Part shown: one piece after another, positions 50,974-64,000 of the stretch
How positions within the stretch are numbered: the first letter of the stretch is position 1
How the letters are laid out: each line of letters opens with the position of its first letter
Origin: an uncultured Caldilineaceae bacterium
GTDB taxonomy: Bacteria > Chloroflexota > Anaerolineae > Caldilineales > Caldilineaceae
Length of the DNA: 64,000 nt
NCBI GenBank assembly: GCA_964649875.1
Contig: CAZYSJ010000005.1
Span: 6,757-70,756 of the forward strand
Direction: 5' to 3'
Translations under genes and position numbers: made by a program
The notes under the pieces: model-generated
Databases searched by the model: none
What the model was told of the DNA's origin: nothing
The model's input: only the letters and a program-made list of their open reading frames with translations

Positions 50974-51507
50974 CTAGTCCCGCGCCAGCAGGATAGCCCC
51001 GGCCAACGCCGCTAACAGCAGCAGCGCCATCAACTCAAAGGGAACCAGATACGTCGTCACAAACATCTCGCCCAGGTCGGCGATCATCTGCTCGCTGCTT
51101 GCCAACTCCGCGCCCACTTCCGGCCAAGAAACGTTGACGAGCAAGCCGGTCAGCACCAGGAAGAAGAGCGCGCTGATGATCGCCGCCGACAGCATCAGCC
51201 GGTTGGTGGACGACGTGCGCCCGAACATCATGCCGCGCGTCAACATAATGGCAAACGTGATCAGCGTGGCAATCGCCCCGACGTAGATGAGCACCTGGCT
51301 GACGGCCAGAAACTCGGCTTCGAGCAGCACATACACGCCCGCGACCCCAAAAAACGCCAACACCAAGCCCAGCGCGTTGTGGAACAGGTTCGGCGCCAGC
51401 GCCGTGATCAACGCACCGGTCACAGTCATCCCCGCAATCAGGACAAAAATGACCTGCTGAACGGTCGGCAGCGGAAACGGCAGTGCATCTAGACCCGGCA
51501 TAAGCAA
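50974..51507 (-). CDS. nuoJ: NADH-quinone oxidoreductase subunit J (operon 1)
   Basis: [50 protein letters not shown]. Confidence 0.85.
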   Translation of the reverse strand: MLMPGLDALPFPLPTVQQVIFVLIAGMTVTGALITALAPNLFHNALGLVLAFFGVAGVYVLLEAEFLAVSQVLIYVGAIATLITFAIMLTRGMMFGRTSSTNRLMLSAAIISALFFLVLTGLLVNVSWPEVGAELASSEQMIADLGEMFVTTYLVPFELMALLLLAALAGAILLARD

Positions 51508-51580
51508 ACCCTCTTCAACCTGAGAAGTGCAAAGTTCCTATCATGCGGCCCGGCAGCGGCCCGTACGCAGCGCGGCAAGC

Positions 51581-52819
51581 CTAGTCTCCCGACGACGGCG
51601 GCGCCGGCTGCATCGTGCCGATCAAAGATGTCGGCTCGAAAGCGCGCTTGGTGCGAATCTCTTCCTGCAGCAAGTGGCGATTCAGAATCACCACGATCCA
51701 GGCGATGGCGCCCAGGTTGCCGATCAAGATCACCGCGTATTGCACCCACGTCGGGGCGGGCAGCTTCAACGCGATCATCTGCCACAGGATCAGCGCCAAC
51801 ACCATCGGCACCAACACCTTCCACGCAAACGCCATCATCTGGTCGATGCGCACGCGCGGGAAGGTCCCCTTAATCCACTGGATCACGGCATACACCAGCA
51901 TGGCCTTGCCCAAGAAATAGGCCACGCCCAGGATCGGCAACTGGTCCACAAACGGCCCCTGCCAGCCGCCGAGGAAAAGCATCACGGCGATGCCGCCCAG
52001 AAAGAACGAGTTCAAGAACTGGGCCAAGAAGAACATGGCGAACTTCATGCCCGAATACTCGATGTGAAAACCGGCGATCAGCTCGGACTCGGCCTCAAGC
52101 AGGTCGAAGGGCGTCTGCTCCCCTTCCGCCAGTGCGCTGATGAAATAGATCAGAAACACCGCGGGCATGATGAACACCGTCCAGCCCAGCCCGATGTTAA
52201 AGCCCGCGATCTCCAGCGACTGAAACTCGGACAGCGCCTGCAGACGCATGCTGCCAACCAGCAGCACCGGCCCCAGCATCGCCAACACCATCGGAATCTC
52301 GTAGCTCAACAGCTGCGCAATCACGCGGAAGCCGGCCAAGAGCGCATACTTGTTGTTGCTGCTCCAGCCCGCCATCAACGCCGACAGAATGCCGAGCGAT
52401 CCCAACGCCACCAAGAAGAGCACGCCCACGTGCAGGTCCGCACCGATGATGCCCGGCGCAAAGGCGATGACCGCCGTCGACATGATCACACCGAAAACGG
52501 AGAGGATCGGCGCCAGGTTGTACGACACGACATCCGCGTCGGCAGGGCTAATGTCCTCTTTAGATAGCAGTTTGGCCGCATCGGCCACAGTCTGGAACAG
52601 GCCGAATGGACCGACACGGTTCGGCCCAATCCGATCCTGAATGCGGCTGATGATCTTGCGCGTGATCCAGATCAGGCCCAGGGCCAGCGTAGGCGCGAAG
52701 ATCGCCAGCGCCGTAGCGCCGATAATGAAAGCGATCGCCATCGCCGCCGGTTCCGGCAACCCCAGCCCCGCAAAGAAATCGGTGAGCGTCGTACTCCAAT
52801 GCTGCATCACATCCTCCAC
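51581..52819 (-). CDS. nuoH: NADH-quinone oxidoreductase subunit H (operon 1), 412 aa with terminal extensions
   Basis: [47 protein letters not shown] and [36 protein letters not shown]. Confidence 0.9.
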   Translation of the reverse strand: MEDVMQHWSTTLTDFFAGLGLPEPAAMAIAFIIGATALAIFAPTLALGLIWITRKIISRIQDRIGPNRVGPFGLFQTVADAAKLLSKEDISPADADVVSYNLAPILSVFGVIMSTAVIAFAPGIIGADLHVGVLFLVALGSLGILSALMAGWSSNNKYALLAGFRVIAQLLSYEIPMVLAMLGPVLLVGSMRLQALSEFQSLEIAGFNIGLGWTVFIMPAVFLIYFISALAEGEQTPFDLLEAESELIAGFHIEYSGMKFAMFFLAQFLNSFFLGGIAVMLFLGGWQGPFVDQLPILGVAYFLGKAMLVYAVIQWIKGTFPRVRIDQMMAFAWKVLVPMVLALILWQMIALKLPAPTWVQYAVILIGNLGAIAWIVVILNRHLLQEEIRTKRAFEPTSLIGTMQPAPPSSGD

Positions 52820-52835
52820 CGCAGTCGGTTGCGTG

Positions 52836-53195
52836 CTACTCCCACTCGAGCGCGCCCTTGCGCCATTCCAGGAGCAGGCCCAACAACAGGATTACCACGA
52901 AGGTAATGGTCGCGACGACGCCGAAAAGCGACAGCCGCTGATAGGCCAGCGCAATCGGGAACAGGAAGATCACCTCGACATCGAAGATCAAAAAGATCAG
53001 ACCAATTAAGTAGTATTGGGCGCGAAACTGCACCCACGTGTCGCCGACTGTCTCGACGCCGCTTTCGTATGTCTGATTCTTGATGGGGTTGGGCCGTCTC
53101 GGCCCCAAAAAGTGGCCCAAAAGGATGGCCGCAACGGGCACCAAAAGCGCCAGGCCGCTCAAGATCAGTACAAAGGTATAGTTCTGCAGCATCAA
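52836..53195 (-). CDS. nuoA: NADH-quinone oxidoreductase subunit A (operon 1)
   Basis: [38 protein letters not shown]...[10 protein letters not shown]. Confidence 0.85.
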   Translation of the reverse strand: MMLQNYTFVLILSGLALLVPVAAILLGHFLGPRRPNPIKNQTYESGVETVGDTWVQFRAQYYLIGLIFLIFDVEVIFLFPIALAYQRLSLFGVVATITFVVILLLGLLLEWRKGALEWE

Positions 53196-53552
53196 TGTCC
53201 CCTGGCTCTGTGGCTGTTGTTCAACCTGAATGATGCTTGGCTATTATTGGCTGCCCGATCAGCGGCGACAGCAGGCCGGCGCACCCGCCGGTTTCCCGCG
53301 TTGACCTCTGCCGGGCCGAACGTCGGCGTATGGTAGCATACCCTTTTGGGATACAGAAATCTTTCCCCGTCTTGGACGACTTTTAGCTCTTTTCGACTGC
53401 GCTGTAGCGGAATTGTAGCACACCGCGCAAATCCGCGGCAAGACGCCTTTTCAGGCTGGTCCCTGCCCAAACATCGGCCATCCTGACGCCCTTGCCGCTT
53501 GCTCAGGTTCACCTAGCAGAAGCACGCAAAAGTCCCCCCGTTTCATTGTTGT

Positions 53553-53581
53553 TTGACACGCCCCATCGCTCGTGATAGAAT
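53553..53581 (+). promoter_or_regulatory. Strong sigma70-like promoter for nuo operon 2
   Basis: TTGACA (53553-53558), 17-nt spacer, TGATAGAAT (extended -10, hexamer 53576-53581). Confidence 0.55.
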
Positions 53582-53629
53582 TTACAAACGTGGACGAACA
53601 TTACATAATCACGCGGATGGCACACGGAC

Positions 53630-53670
53630 ATTGACTCAACACCCGTCGGTGTTGAGTCAATAGTTTTCTT
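53630..53670 (+). promoter_or_regulatory. Perfect 14-bp inverted repeat plus T-run in the nuo operon 2 leader (attenuator or operator candidate)
   Basis: ATTGACTCAACACC(53630-53643) cgtc GGTGTTGAGTCAAT(53648-53661), followed by AGTTTTCTT. Confidence 0.5.
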
Positions 53671-53748
53671 GCGCACGAATCGTTCACCTTGGCCCTGGCA
53701 AGGCCGGCCGCCAAAGACATTCATGACCATATGGAGTAGTTGACCACG

Positions 53749-54120
53749 ATGGCTATCGACTACCTGCCGCTCCTAATCGTGTTGATCGTCGCCGCCCTAT
53801 TCGCAGCGATCGCCCTTATCGTGCCCGCCCTTCTGGGGCCGCACCGCGGCAACAAGCAAAAGCTGGAACCGTACGAATCGGGCATCATTCCTTTTTCAGA
53901 CGCCCGTCGCCGCTTTCCGGTCAAGTTCTACCTGGTCGCCATGCTCTTTATCCTGTTCGATATCGAGGTCATCTTCCTCTATCCCTGGGCCGGCGTCTTA
54001 CGCGATCTGCGCGACAACTTCTCGATATGGCTCGCACTGGCGCCGATGGGCTTCTTCCTATTCGTGCTGATCGTCGGGCTTCTATATGAATGGAAAAAAG
54101 GCGCGCTCGACTGGAAATAG
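53749..54120 (+). CDS. nuoA: NADH-quinone oxidoreductase subunit A (operon 2)
   Basis: YESGIIPFSDARRRFPVKFYLVAMLFILFDIEVIFLYP...EWKKGALDWK. The start is the ATG at 53749, or alternatively the TTG at 53740. Confidence 0.85.
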   Translation: MAIDYLPLLIVLIVAALFAAIALIVPALLGPHRGNKQKLEPYESGIIPFSDARRRFPVKFYLVAMLFILFDIEVIFLYPWAGVLRDLRDNFSIWLALAPMGFFLFVLIVGLLYEWKKGALDWK

Positions 54121-54165
54121 CTGCGCGCCGCCTTTTTTAGTTGACAGCTTTGGAGGGTAACGGCG

Positions 54166-54759
54166 ATGGGTCTTGAAGATAAGCTGCCGGAAGGCATCGT
54201 CACGACAAAACTGGAAGACCTGGTGAATTGGAGCCGCGCCAACAGCACATGGCCCCTGCTCTTCGGCCTGGCCTGTTGCGCCATCGAGATGATCGCCACC
54301 GGCACCGCGCGCCACGACATCGCTCGCTACGGCTCCGAATTGTTCCGCGCCAGCCCGCGCCAGGCCGACCTGATGATCGTCTCCGGACGCGTCAGCAACA
54401 AAATGGCCCCGGTCATCAAACGGCTCTATGACCAAATGCTCGAGCCGAAATGGGTGATCGCCATGGGCATCTGCGCCAGCGCAGGCGGCCCGTTTAACAA
54501 CTACGCCATCATCCAGGGCGTCGACAAGATCATCCCCGTGGATGTGTATGTGCCGGGGTGTCCGCCGCGACCGGAAGCGCTCCTTTACGCTATGGACAAG
54601 CTGCGCGAAAAACAAGGCCGCGAGACATTCGCCATGCGCCGCCGCGACGACATCGCCGCCGCCATGGTCGCCCCGGAAAACATCGCGCCCATCGGCGGGA
54701 GCCCCTCGGGAACGCTCGCCGGCCTGCGCAAGCACGCCCCGCGGGTCACCGCGGCCTAG
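54166..54759 (+). CDS. nuoB: NADH-quinone oxidoreductase subunit B (operon 2)
   Basis: [34 protein letters not shown] and [11 protein letters not shown] (N2 cluster ligands). Confidence 0.95.
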   Translation: MGLEDKLPEGIVTTKLEDLVNWSRANSTWPLLFGLACCAIEMIATGTARHDIARYGSELFRASPRQADLMIVSGRVSNKMAPVIKRLYDQMLEPKWVIAMGICASAGGPFNNYAIIQGVDKIIPVDVYVPGCPPRPEALLYAMDKLREKQGRETFAMRRRDDIAAAMVAPENIAPIGGSPSGTLAGLRKHAPRVTAA

Positions 54760-54815
54760 CCCAGCCCATCCGATCGCGCGCCCGACCCACGCTGCGCCTT
54801 TTCCCGGAGCCTGCC

Positions 54816-56654
54816 ATGCTCAACGTCTCGCCCCGACGCAGAGAATACGAAACCCTTCCCGGCCTCAACAATCCGGCCATCCCCGCCCGCGCGCCTTTGC
54901 CGCGAGGTGAAACCGACGACACCAAACGCATCGTCGAGCGCTTTGGCGACGCGGTGATCGCCGCCGGACTGCACAACGGCCAGCAAACAGTCTACATTCG
55001 CCCGGACCAGCTTGTCGACCTGGCGAACTTCCTCAAAACCGAAGAAAAGCTCGCCTATGAGGCGCTCGTCGACGTCAGCTCGGTAGATTACTCCAAGCTG
55101 CCCGCCGACGAGACCGTCGACGCACGCTTCCACACGGTCTACCAACTGCGCTCCTACACGCGCAAGCGCCATCTAACCGTCGTCTGCCCGGCGGATGGCG
55201 GTGCGCATCCGGTTGTGCCCAGCCTCGCGCCCGTCTTCGAAGGCGCCGTCTGGCCCGAACGCGAAGTGTACGACCTCATGGGCGTTCGCTTCACCGACCA
55301 TCCCGACCTGCGCCGCATTCTCATGCCGGAGCATTGGCCCAACCATCCGCTGCGCAAAGACATGCCCGTCGGCGGCGAGCCGGTTCCCTTCACGCTCACC
55401 TGGGAAGACCCCGAATTCGAGACGCTCGGCAAACAGGTGCTGCCCGCCGAAAGCGCCGCGCCCGCCCTGCCCCCCGGCATGAACCGCGAGCGCATGATCG
55501 TCAACATGGGGCCGCACCATCCCAGCACCCACGGCGTGCTGCGCCTGGTCGTCGAACTGGACGGCGAAGACGTGATTCACGTCGACCCCGACCTCGGCTA
55601 TCTGCACAGCGGCTTCGAGAAGACCGGCGAGAACAAGCGCTACAAGGATTTTGTCTACTACACCGACCGCATGGATTACCTGTCAGCGATGAACAACAAC
55701 TTGGGCTATGTCCTCGCCGTCGAGAAGCTGCTCGGCGTGGAGATCCCCGAACGCGCCCAGGTTATCCGCGTCATCATGAGCGAGTTGCAGCGCATCGCCT
55801 CGCACCTCTTCTGGCTCTCGACCCATGTACTCGACATCTCCGGCACGGGCATGAGCCTGCTCATGTACGCCACCCGCGAGCGCGAGCGCATCCTTGACCT
55901 TTTCGAGATGGTCGCCGGCGCACGCCTCACCATCAGCTACATCCGCATCGGCGGCGTGTGGAAAGACCTGCCGCCCGCCTTTCTCAGCAATTTGCAGGAG
56001 TTGGTCGATCTCCTGCCCGCCAAGTTCGACGAATACGAAGCCATGCTCACCGCCGGCCCCCTGTGGCAGGAACGGCTCGAGGGCATCGGCCGGCTCAGCC
56101 GCGAGGAAGCCATCAACATGGGCCTTACCGGCCCCATGCTGCGCGGCAGCGGCGTCGACTGGGACCTGCGCCGCGACATGCCCTACAGCGGCTACGAAAA
56201 CTACGACTTCGACGTGCCGGTCAGCACGGACGGCGACTGCTACGGGCGCTACATCATCCGCATGGAGGAAATGCGCCAAAGCGTGCGCATCCTCAAACAG
56301 GCGATGGCGAACCTGCCAGACGGTCTCTACCGCACCGACAACCGCAAGGTCAGCCTGCCCCCGCGCGCCGAACTGGACGTGAGCATGGAGGCGCTGATCC
56401 ACCATTTCAAGCTCATGACCGAAGGCTTCCAGGTTCCCCCCGGCATGGTCTACCACGGCATCGAGGCCAGCAAGGGCGAACTCGGCTTCTACATCTACAG
56501 CGACGGCTCGGCCGTGCCCTACCGCCTGCATGTGCGAGGGCCGAGCTTCAACAACCTCTACGCCATCAGCAAGATGTGCCGAGGTCACATGCTGTCGGAT
56601 ATCGTCGCCAACATCGGCTCCATCGACATCGTTCTGGGCGAGGTAGACCGCTAA
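54816..56654 (+). CDS. nuoCD: Fused NADH-quinone oxidoreductase subunits C and D (operon 2)
   Basis: The N-terminal half is NuoC-like (VDVSSVDY..., VWPEREVYDLMGVRFTDHPDLRRIL). The C-terminal part is NuoD (MIVNMGPHHPSTHGVLRLVVELDGE ... RGPSFNNL ... SIDIVLGEVDR). It is one continuous 612-aa ORF. Confidence 0.9.
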   Translation: MLNVSPRRREYETLPGLNNPAIPARAPLPRGETDDTKRIVERFGDAVIAAGLHNGQQTVYIRPDQLVDLANFLKTEEKLAYEALVDVSSVDYSKLPADETVDARFHTVYQLRSYTRKRHLTVVCPADGGAHPVVPSLAPVFEGAVWPEREVYDLMGVRFTDHPDLRRILMPEHWPNHPLRKDMPVGGEPVPFTLTWEDPEFETLGKQVLPAESAAPALPPGMNRERMIVNMGPHHPSTHGVLRLVVELDGEDVIHVDPDLGYLHSGFEKTGENKRYKDFVYYTDRMDYLSAMNNNLGYVLAVEKLLGVEIPERAQVIRVIMSELQRIASHLFWLSTHVLDISGTGMSLLMYATRERERILDLFEMVAGARLTISYIRIGGVWKDLPPAFLSNLQELVDLLPAKFDEYEAMLTAGPLWQERLEGIGRLSREEAINMGLTGPMLRGSGVDWDLRRDMPYSGYENYDFDVPVSTDGDCYGRYIIRMEEMRQSVRILKQAMANLPDGLYRTDNRKVSLPPRAELDVSMEALIHHFKLMTEGFQVPPGMVYHGIEASKGELGFYIYSDGSAVPYRLHVRGPSFNNLYAISKMCRGHMLSDIVANIGSIDIVLGEVDR

Positions 56655-56742
56655 CCTGTTCGCCGCTCCTTCCCAAAAAGCTTGAGGCTTGGCGGAAGGC
56701 CGTCAGGAAGCTGGTCAGACTTTTCTAATTAGAGGAACTGCT

Positions 56743-58713
<1,971 letters not shown>

Positions 58714-58802
58714 CGCGCCCAGAATCGTTCTCCTTCCAGCTAGCCGAGAGCGCCCTGGAAGGTCAGCCAGAAGAATAGCCATACCGCCAAGGGTTTTTCG
58801 CT

Positions 58803-61409
<2,607 letters not shown>

Positions 61410-61497
61410 AAATGGCGCATGCACACGCGGCGATATCGTCGCTTCACTCAGCCAGTCGCGATGACTTCGGTCATCCAGGCATGATGGGGAACTGAGA

Positions 61498-62484
61498 ATG
61501 GATTGGATCAACCTGCTCCTGCTGCCGGTCCTGCGATCCCTGGCGCTGATCGTAGTCCTGTTGACGGGGTTCGCCTACCTCACCTGGTACGAGCGCAAGC
61601 TATTGGCGCGCTTCCAGGTGCGCATCGGCCCGAACCGCGCCGGTCCCTATGGGCTGCTGCAGCCTATTGCCGATGCCGTCAAGGCGGTCTTCAAAGAAGA
61701 GATCGTCCCCAACATGGCCGACAAAGCGGTCTATATGTTAGCCCCGGCTCTGGCTCTCATCCCGGCGCTGATCATCTGGGCCGTGATCCCGGTCGCCAAA
61801 GGCGTACCCGCCATCGCCGACGTCAATATCGGCTTCCTCTGGATCCTTGCCATCGCCGGCATCGAAAGCTACGGCATCATCTTGGCCGGGTGGAGCAGCA
61901 ACAACAACTACTCGCTGCTCGGCGCGCTGCGCTCTTCCGCGCAGATGATCTCCTACGAGCTGCCTCTGGGCATCTTCCTGGTCAGCATCCTTATGCTGGC
62001 GGGCGGCTTCAGCCTCGTTTCGCTGGTAGAAACCCCGCGCGCCTGGTGGGAGTGGATCTGGCTGTGGCTCATGTTCCCGCTCTTCTTCATCTGCATCCTG
62101 GCGGAGACAAACCGCAGCCCGTTCGACCTGCCCGAAACGGAAAACGAACTGGTCGCCGGCTTCCAGACCGAGTATGGCGGCATCAAGTTCGCCCTCTTCT
62201 TCATGGCCGAATACATCAACATGATCACCACCAGCGCCATCATGGCGACGCTCTTTTTCGGCGGCTACCGGCTGCCCTTCGGCCTGCTGGGAGACGTGAT
62301 CTGGCTTGGCCCCTTCGTCCTCGCCGCCAAGGTGATCATCCTGCTCTTCCTCTTCATCTGGGTGCGCGCCAGCGTCGGGCGGCCGCGCTACGACCAACTC
62401 ATGCAGTTCAACTGGAAGTTTCTGCTGCCCGTAGCGCTCGGCTATATGATCATCACCACGCTGTTGACGGTGTTCTTGAAGTAG
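61498..62484 (+). CDS. nuoH: NADH-quinone oxidoreductase subunit H (operon 2)
   Basis: ERKLLARFQVRIGPNRAGPYGLLQPIADAVK, GWSSNNNYSLLGALR and ETNRSPFDLPETENELVAGFQTEYGGIKFALFFMAEY. Confidence 0.9.
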   Translation: MDWINLLLLPVLRSLALIVVLLTGFAYLTWYERKLLARFQVRIGPNRAGPYGLLQPIADAVKAVFKEEIVPNMADKAVYMLAPALALIPALIIWAVIPVAKGVPAIADVNIGFLWILAIAGIESYGIILAGWSSNNNYSLLGALRSSAQMISYELPLGIFLVSILMLAGGFSLVSLVETPRAWWEWIWLWLMFPLFFICILAETNRSPFDLPETENELVAGFQTEYGGIKFALFFMAEYINMITTSAIMATLFFGGYRLPFGLLGDVIWLGPFVLAAKVIILLFLFIWVRASVGRPRYDQLMQFNWKFLLPVALGYMIITTLLTVFLK

Positions 62485-62572
62485 GTTTTGAAGTAGGCGA
62501 ATGCCCGGAATGGCTAAGTCCATCGTTGCCGTCCATTCGAGCATGGACCATTCGAGCAAAGGAAAAGGTTAA

Positions 62573-63043
62573 ATGGCGCTGACGGATATCTTGAAAGACG
62601 CGGTCGAACTCGGCAAAGCCATGGGCGTGACGCTCAGACACCTGCGCGAGCGCCCGGTCACGGTCGAGTATCCGCGCGATTCGGTCCCGCTCTACCCGCG
62701 CTTTCGCGGCCGGCATGAATTGCGCCGCTACGAAAACGGCATGGAACGCTGCATCGGCTGCATGTTATGCGAAGCCGCCTGCCCGACCGGCGCCATCTAT
62801 GTCGAAGCCGAAGAGAACGACCCGCAAAACCCGCTTTCGCCCGGCGAGCGCCACGCCAAGGTCTACGAAGTCAACCTGCTGCGCTGCATCTTTTGCGGCG
62901 ACTGCGAAGAAGCCTGCCCCACCGAGGCCATCGTCCTGGGGCACGAATTCGCCTTGGCGGACTACGAGCGCCGCGACTTCATCCTGACCAAGGAAGAGCT
63001 CCTCAACCCGCCGGAGCCTAACGTCATTATCCGCCCGGAGTAA
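62573..63043 (+). CDS. nuoI: NADH-quinone oxidoreductase subunit I (operon 2)
   Basis: Two 4Fe-4S motifs, [12 protein letters not shown] and [12 protein letters not shown]. 156 aa. Confidence 0.95.
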   Translation: MALTDILKDAVELGKAMGVTLRHLRERPVTVEYPRDSVPLYPRFRGRHELRRYENGMERCIGCMLCEAACPTGAIYVEAEENDPQNPLSPGERHAKVYEVNLLRCIFCGDCEEACPTEAIVLGHEFALADYERRDFILTKEELLNPPEPNVIIRPE

Positions 63044-63049
63044 AGACCG

Positions 63050-63565
63050 ATGTCCGCCTCTCTTGTCTTCTTCATTGTGGTAGCCGCCGTCAGCCTGACA
63101 TCGGCCCTGGGCGTGGTGACAAGCCGCTGGCCGATACACAGCGCCTTGTTCATGCTCGTCAACTTTATCACCCTCGCCGTGTTTTATGTCACCCTGGGCG
63201 CGCAGTTCCTTGCCGCCGCCCAAGTCATCATCTACGCCGGCGGCATCGTCATCCTGATCCTCTTCGTCGTCATGCTCATCGGCAGCGAGAAGATCGGCGG
63301 CCCTTCCGGCCATCGCCTTTGGACGCCTTATGCCGGCGTCGCCCTGGGCGTGCTCATGCTGGCGACCATGATCTACACCTTCGCCTCCAGCCTGTTCGGC
63401 GCACCGGGCACAGCCGGCGCCATTCAGGCGGGACACCCCAAGGCCGTCGGCATGGCGCTCTTTACGCAATATATCCTGCCCATCGAGATGGCGGCTGTTC
63501 TGCTGCTCGTCGCGCTCATCGGCGCGCTGCTGCTCGCCCGCCAGCCCAAAGCAGGCTCGCAATAA
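63050..63565 (+). CDS. nuoJ: NADH-quinone oxidoreductase subunit J (operon 2)
   Basis: PIHSALFMLVNFITLAVFYVTLGAQFLAAAQVIIYAGGIVILILFVVML. Confidence 0.85.
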   Translation: MSASLVFFIVVAAVSLTSALGVVTSRWPIHSALFMLVNFITLAVFYVTLGAQFLAAAQVIIYAGGIVILILFVVMLIGSEKIGGPSGHRLWTPYAGVALGVLMLATMIYTFASSLFGAPGTAGAIQAGHPKAVGMALFTQYILPIEMAAVLLLVALIGALLLARQPKAGSQ

Positions 63566-63643
63566 TGCCGCTTCATTGCGCAACCAGCCGTCAACATCGA
63601 CATCAAACACGGCATCAAAGCTACACGCGGAGGGGTTGACACC

Positions 63644-63946
63644 GTGGTTCCAACAAGCCATTATCTCATCATCAGCGGCGCTATCTTCGCCATCGGAGCG
63701 GTCGGCGTGTTGACTCGACGCAACGCCCTGATCATCCTGATGTGCGTCGAGTTGATGCTCAACAGCGTCAACCTATCTTTGATCGCGCTGAGCCGCCAGT
63801 GGGACAACCTGGGCGGGCAGGTCTTCGTCTTCATGATCATGGCCGCGGCCGCAGCCGAAGTCGCCGTCGGCCTGGCGATCCTGATCTCGCACATGCGCCA
63901 CACCGACACGGCCAACATCGACGAGTTCCGGCTGCTCAAATGGTAG
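63644..63946 (+). CDS. nuoK: NADH-quinone oxidoreductase subunit K (operon 2)
   Basis: LTRRNALIILMCVELMLNSVNLSLIAL and AAAEVAVGLAILIS. GTG start with GGAGGGG 8 nt upstream. The operon presumably continues (nuoLMN) beyond the window. Confidence 0.9.
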   Translation: MVPTSHYLIISGAIFAIGAVGVLTRRNALIILMCVELMLNSVNLSLIALSRQWDNLGGQVFVFMIMAAAAAEVAVGLAILISHMRHTDTANIDEFRLLKW

Positions 63947-64000
63947 CAGACCACAGGCCCGTGCGAGCGCTTCGACCCTCCAACAGCGTGCACAAAGGAC

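Noticed and set aside
53192-53512. 106-aa minus-strand ORF in the spacer between the two nuo operons.
   Set aside because: It overlaps the nuoA1 start codon region in a different frame, has no RBS and has a basic, low-complexity composition. A small regulatory protein cannot be fully excluded without expression data.

Overview
High-GC (by eye about 60-65% GC) bacterial chromosomal segment that is densely coding and mostly housekeeping. The repeats, PT-rich linkers and gene content suggest a Chloroflexota-like organism, but that is inference only. Gene order: pyrG (3' end), yebC, ruvC, ruvA, efp, tRNA-Thr(CGT), a PLP threonine dehydratase, murJ, trxB, the coaE/dnaJ/prmA/rsmE block, a five-gene Liv-type branched-chain amino-acid ABC transporter, plsY, a bactofilin, prs and rdgB. 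Next comes a nine-gene glycerol/dihydroxyacetone cluster (dhaK-dhaL-glpK-dhaM-HPr-EI-glpABC) followed by a panE-like reductase. An envelope/accessory block follows: a multi-TM protein, a stand-alone CHAT caspase-fold protease, a glycoside-hydrolase-like/O-antigen-ligase fusion, a four-repeat secreted protein, murE and a BNR propeller with a PT linker. The window ends with two divergently arranged NADH:quinone oxidoreductase (nuo) operons. I found no rRNA, CRISPR array, transposase, integrase or prophage gene. The most unusual feature is the minus-strand nuo operon, which encodes only membrane-arm subunits (A-H-J-K-extra ORF-L-M-N). It carries an inserted TPR/2-TM gene and a NuoL whose lateral-helix motif is tandemly duplicated. 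It sits back-to-back with a full operon that has fused nuoCD and nuoEF. The second candidate is the stand-alone CHAT protease locus. All calls come from reading the supplied translations and the DNA; no database search was possible.
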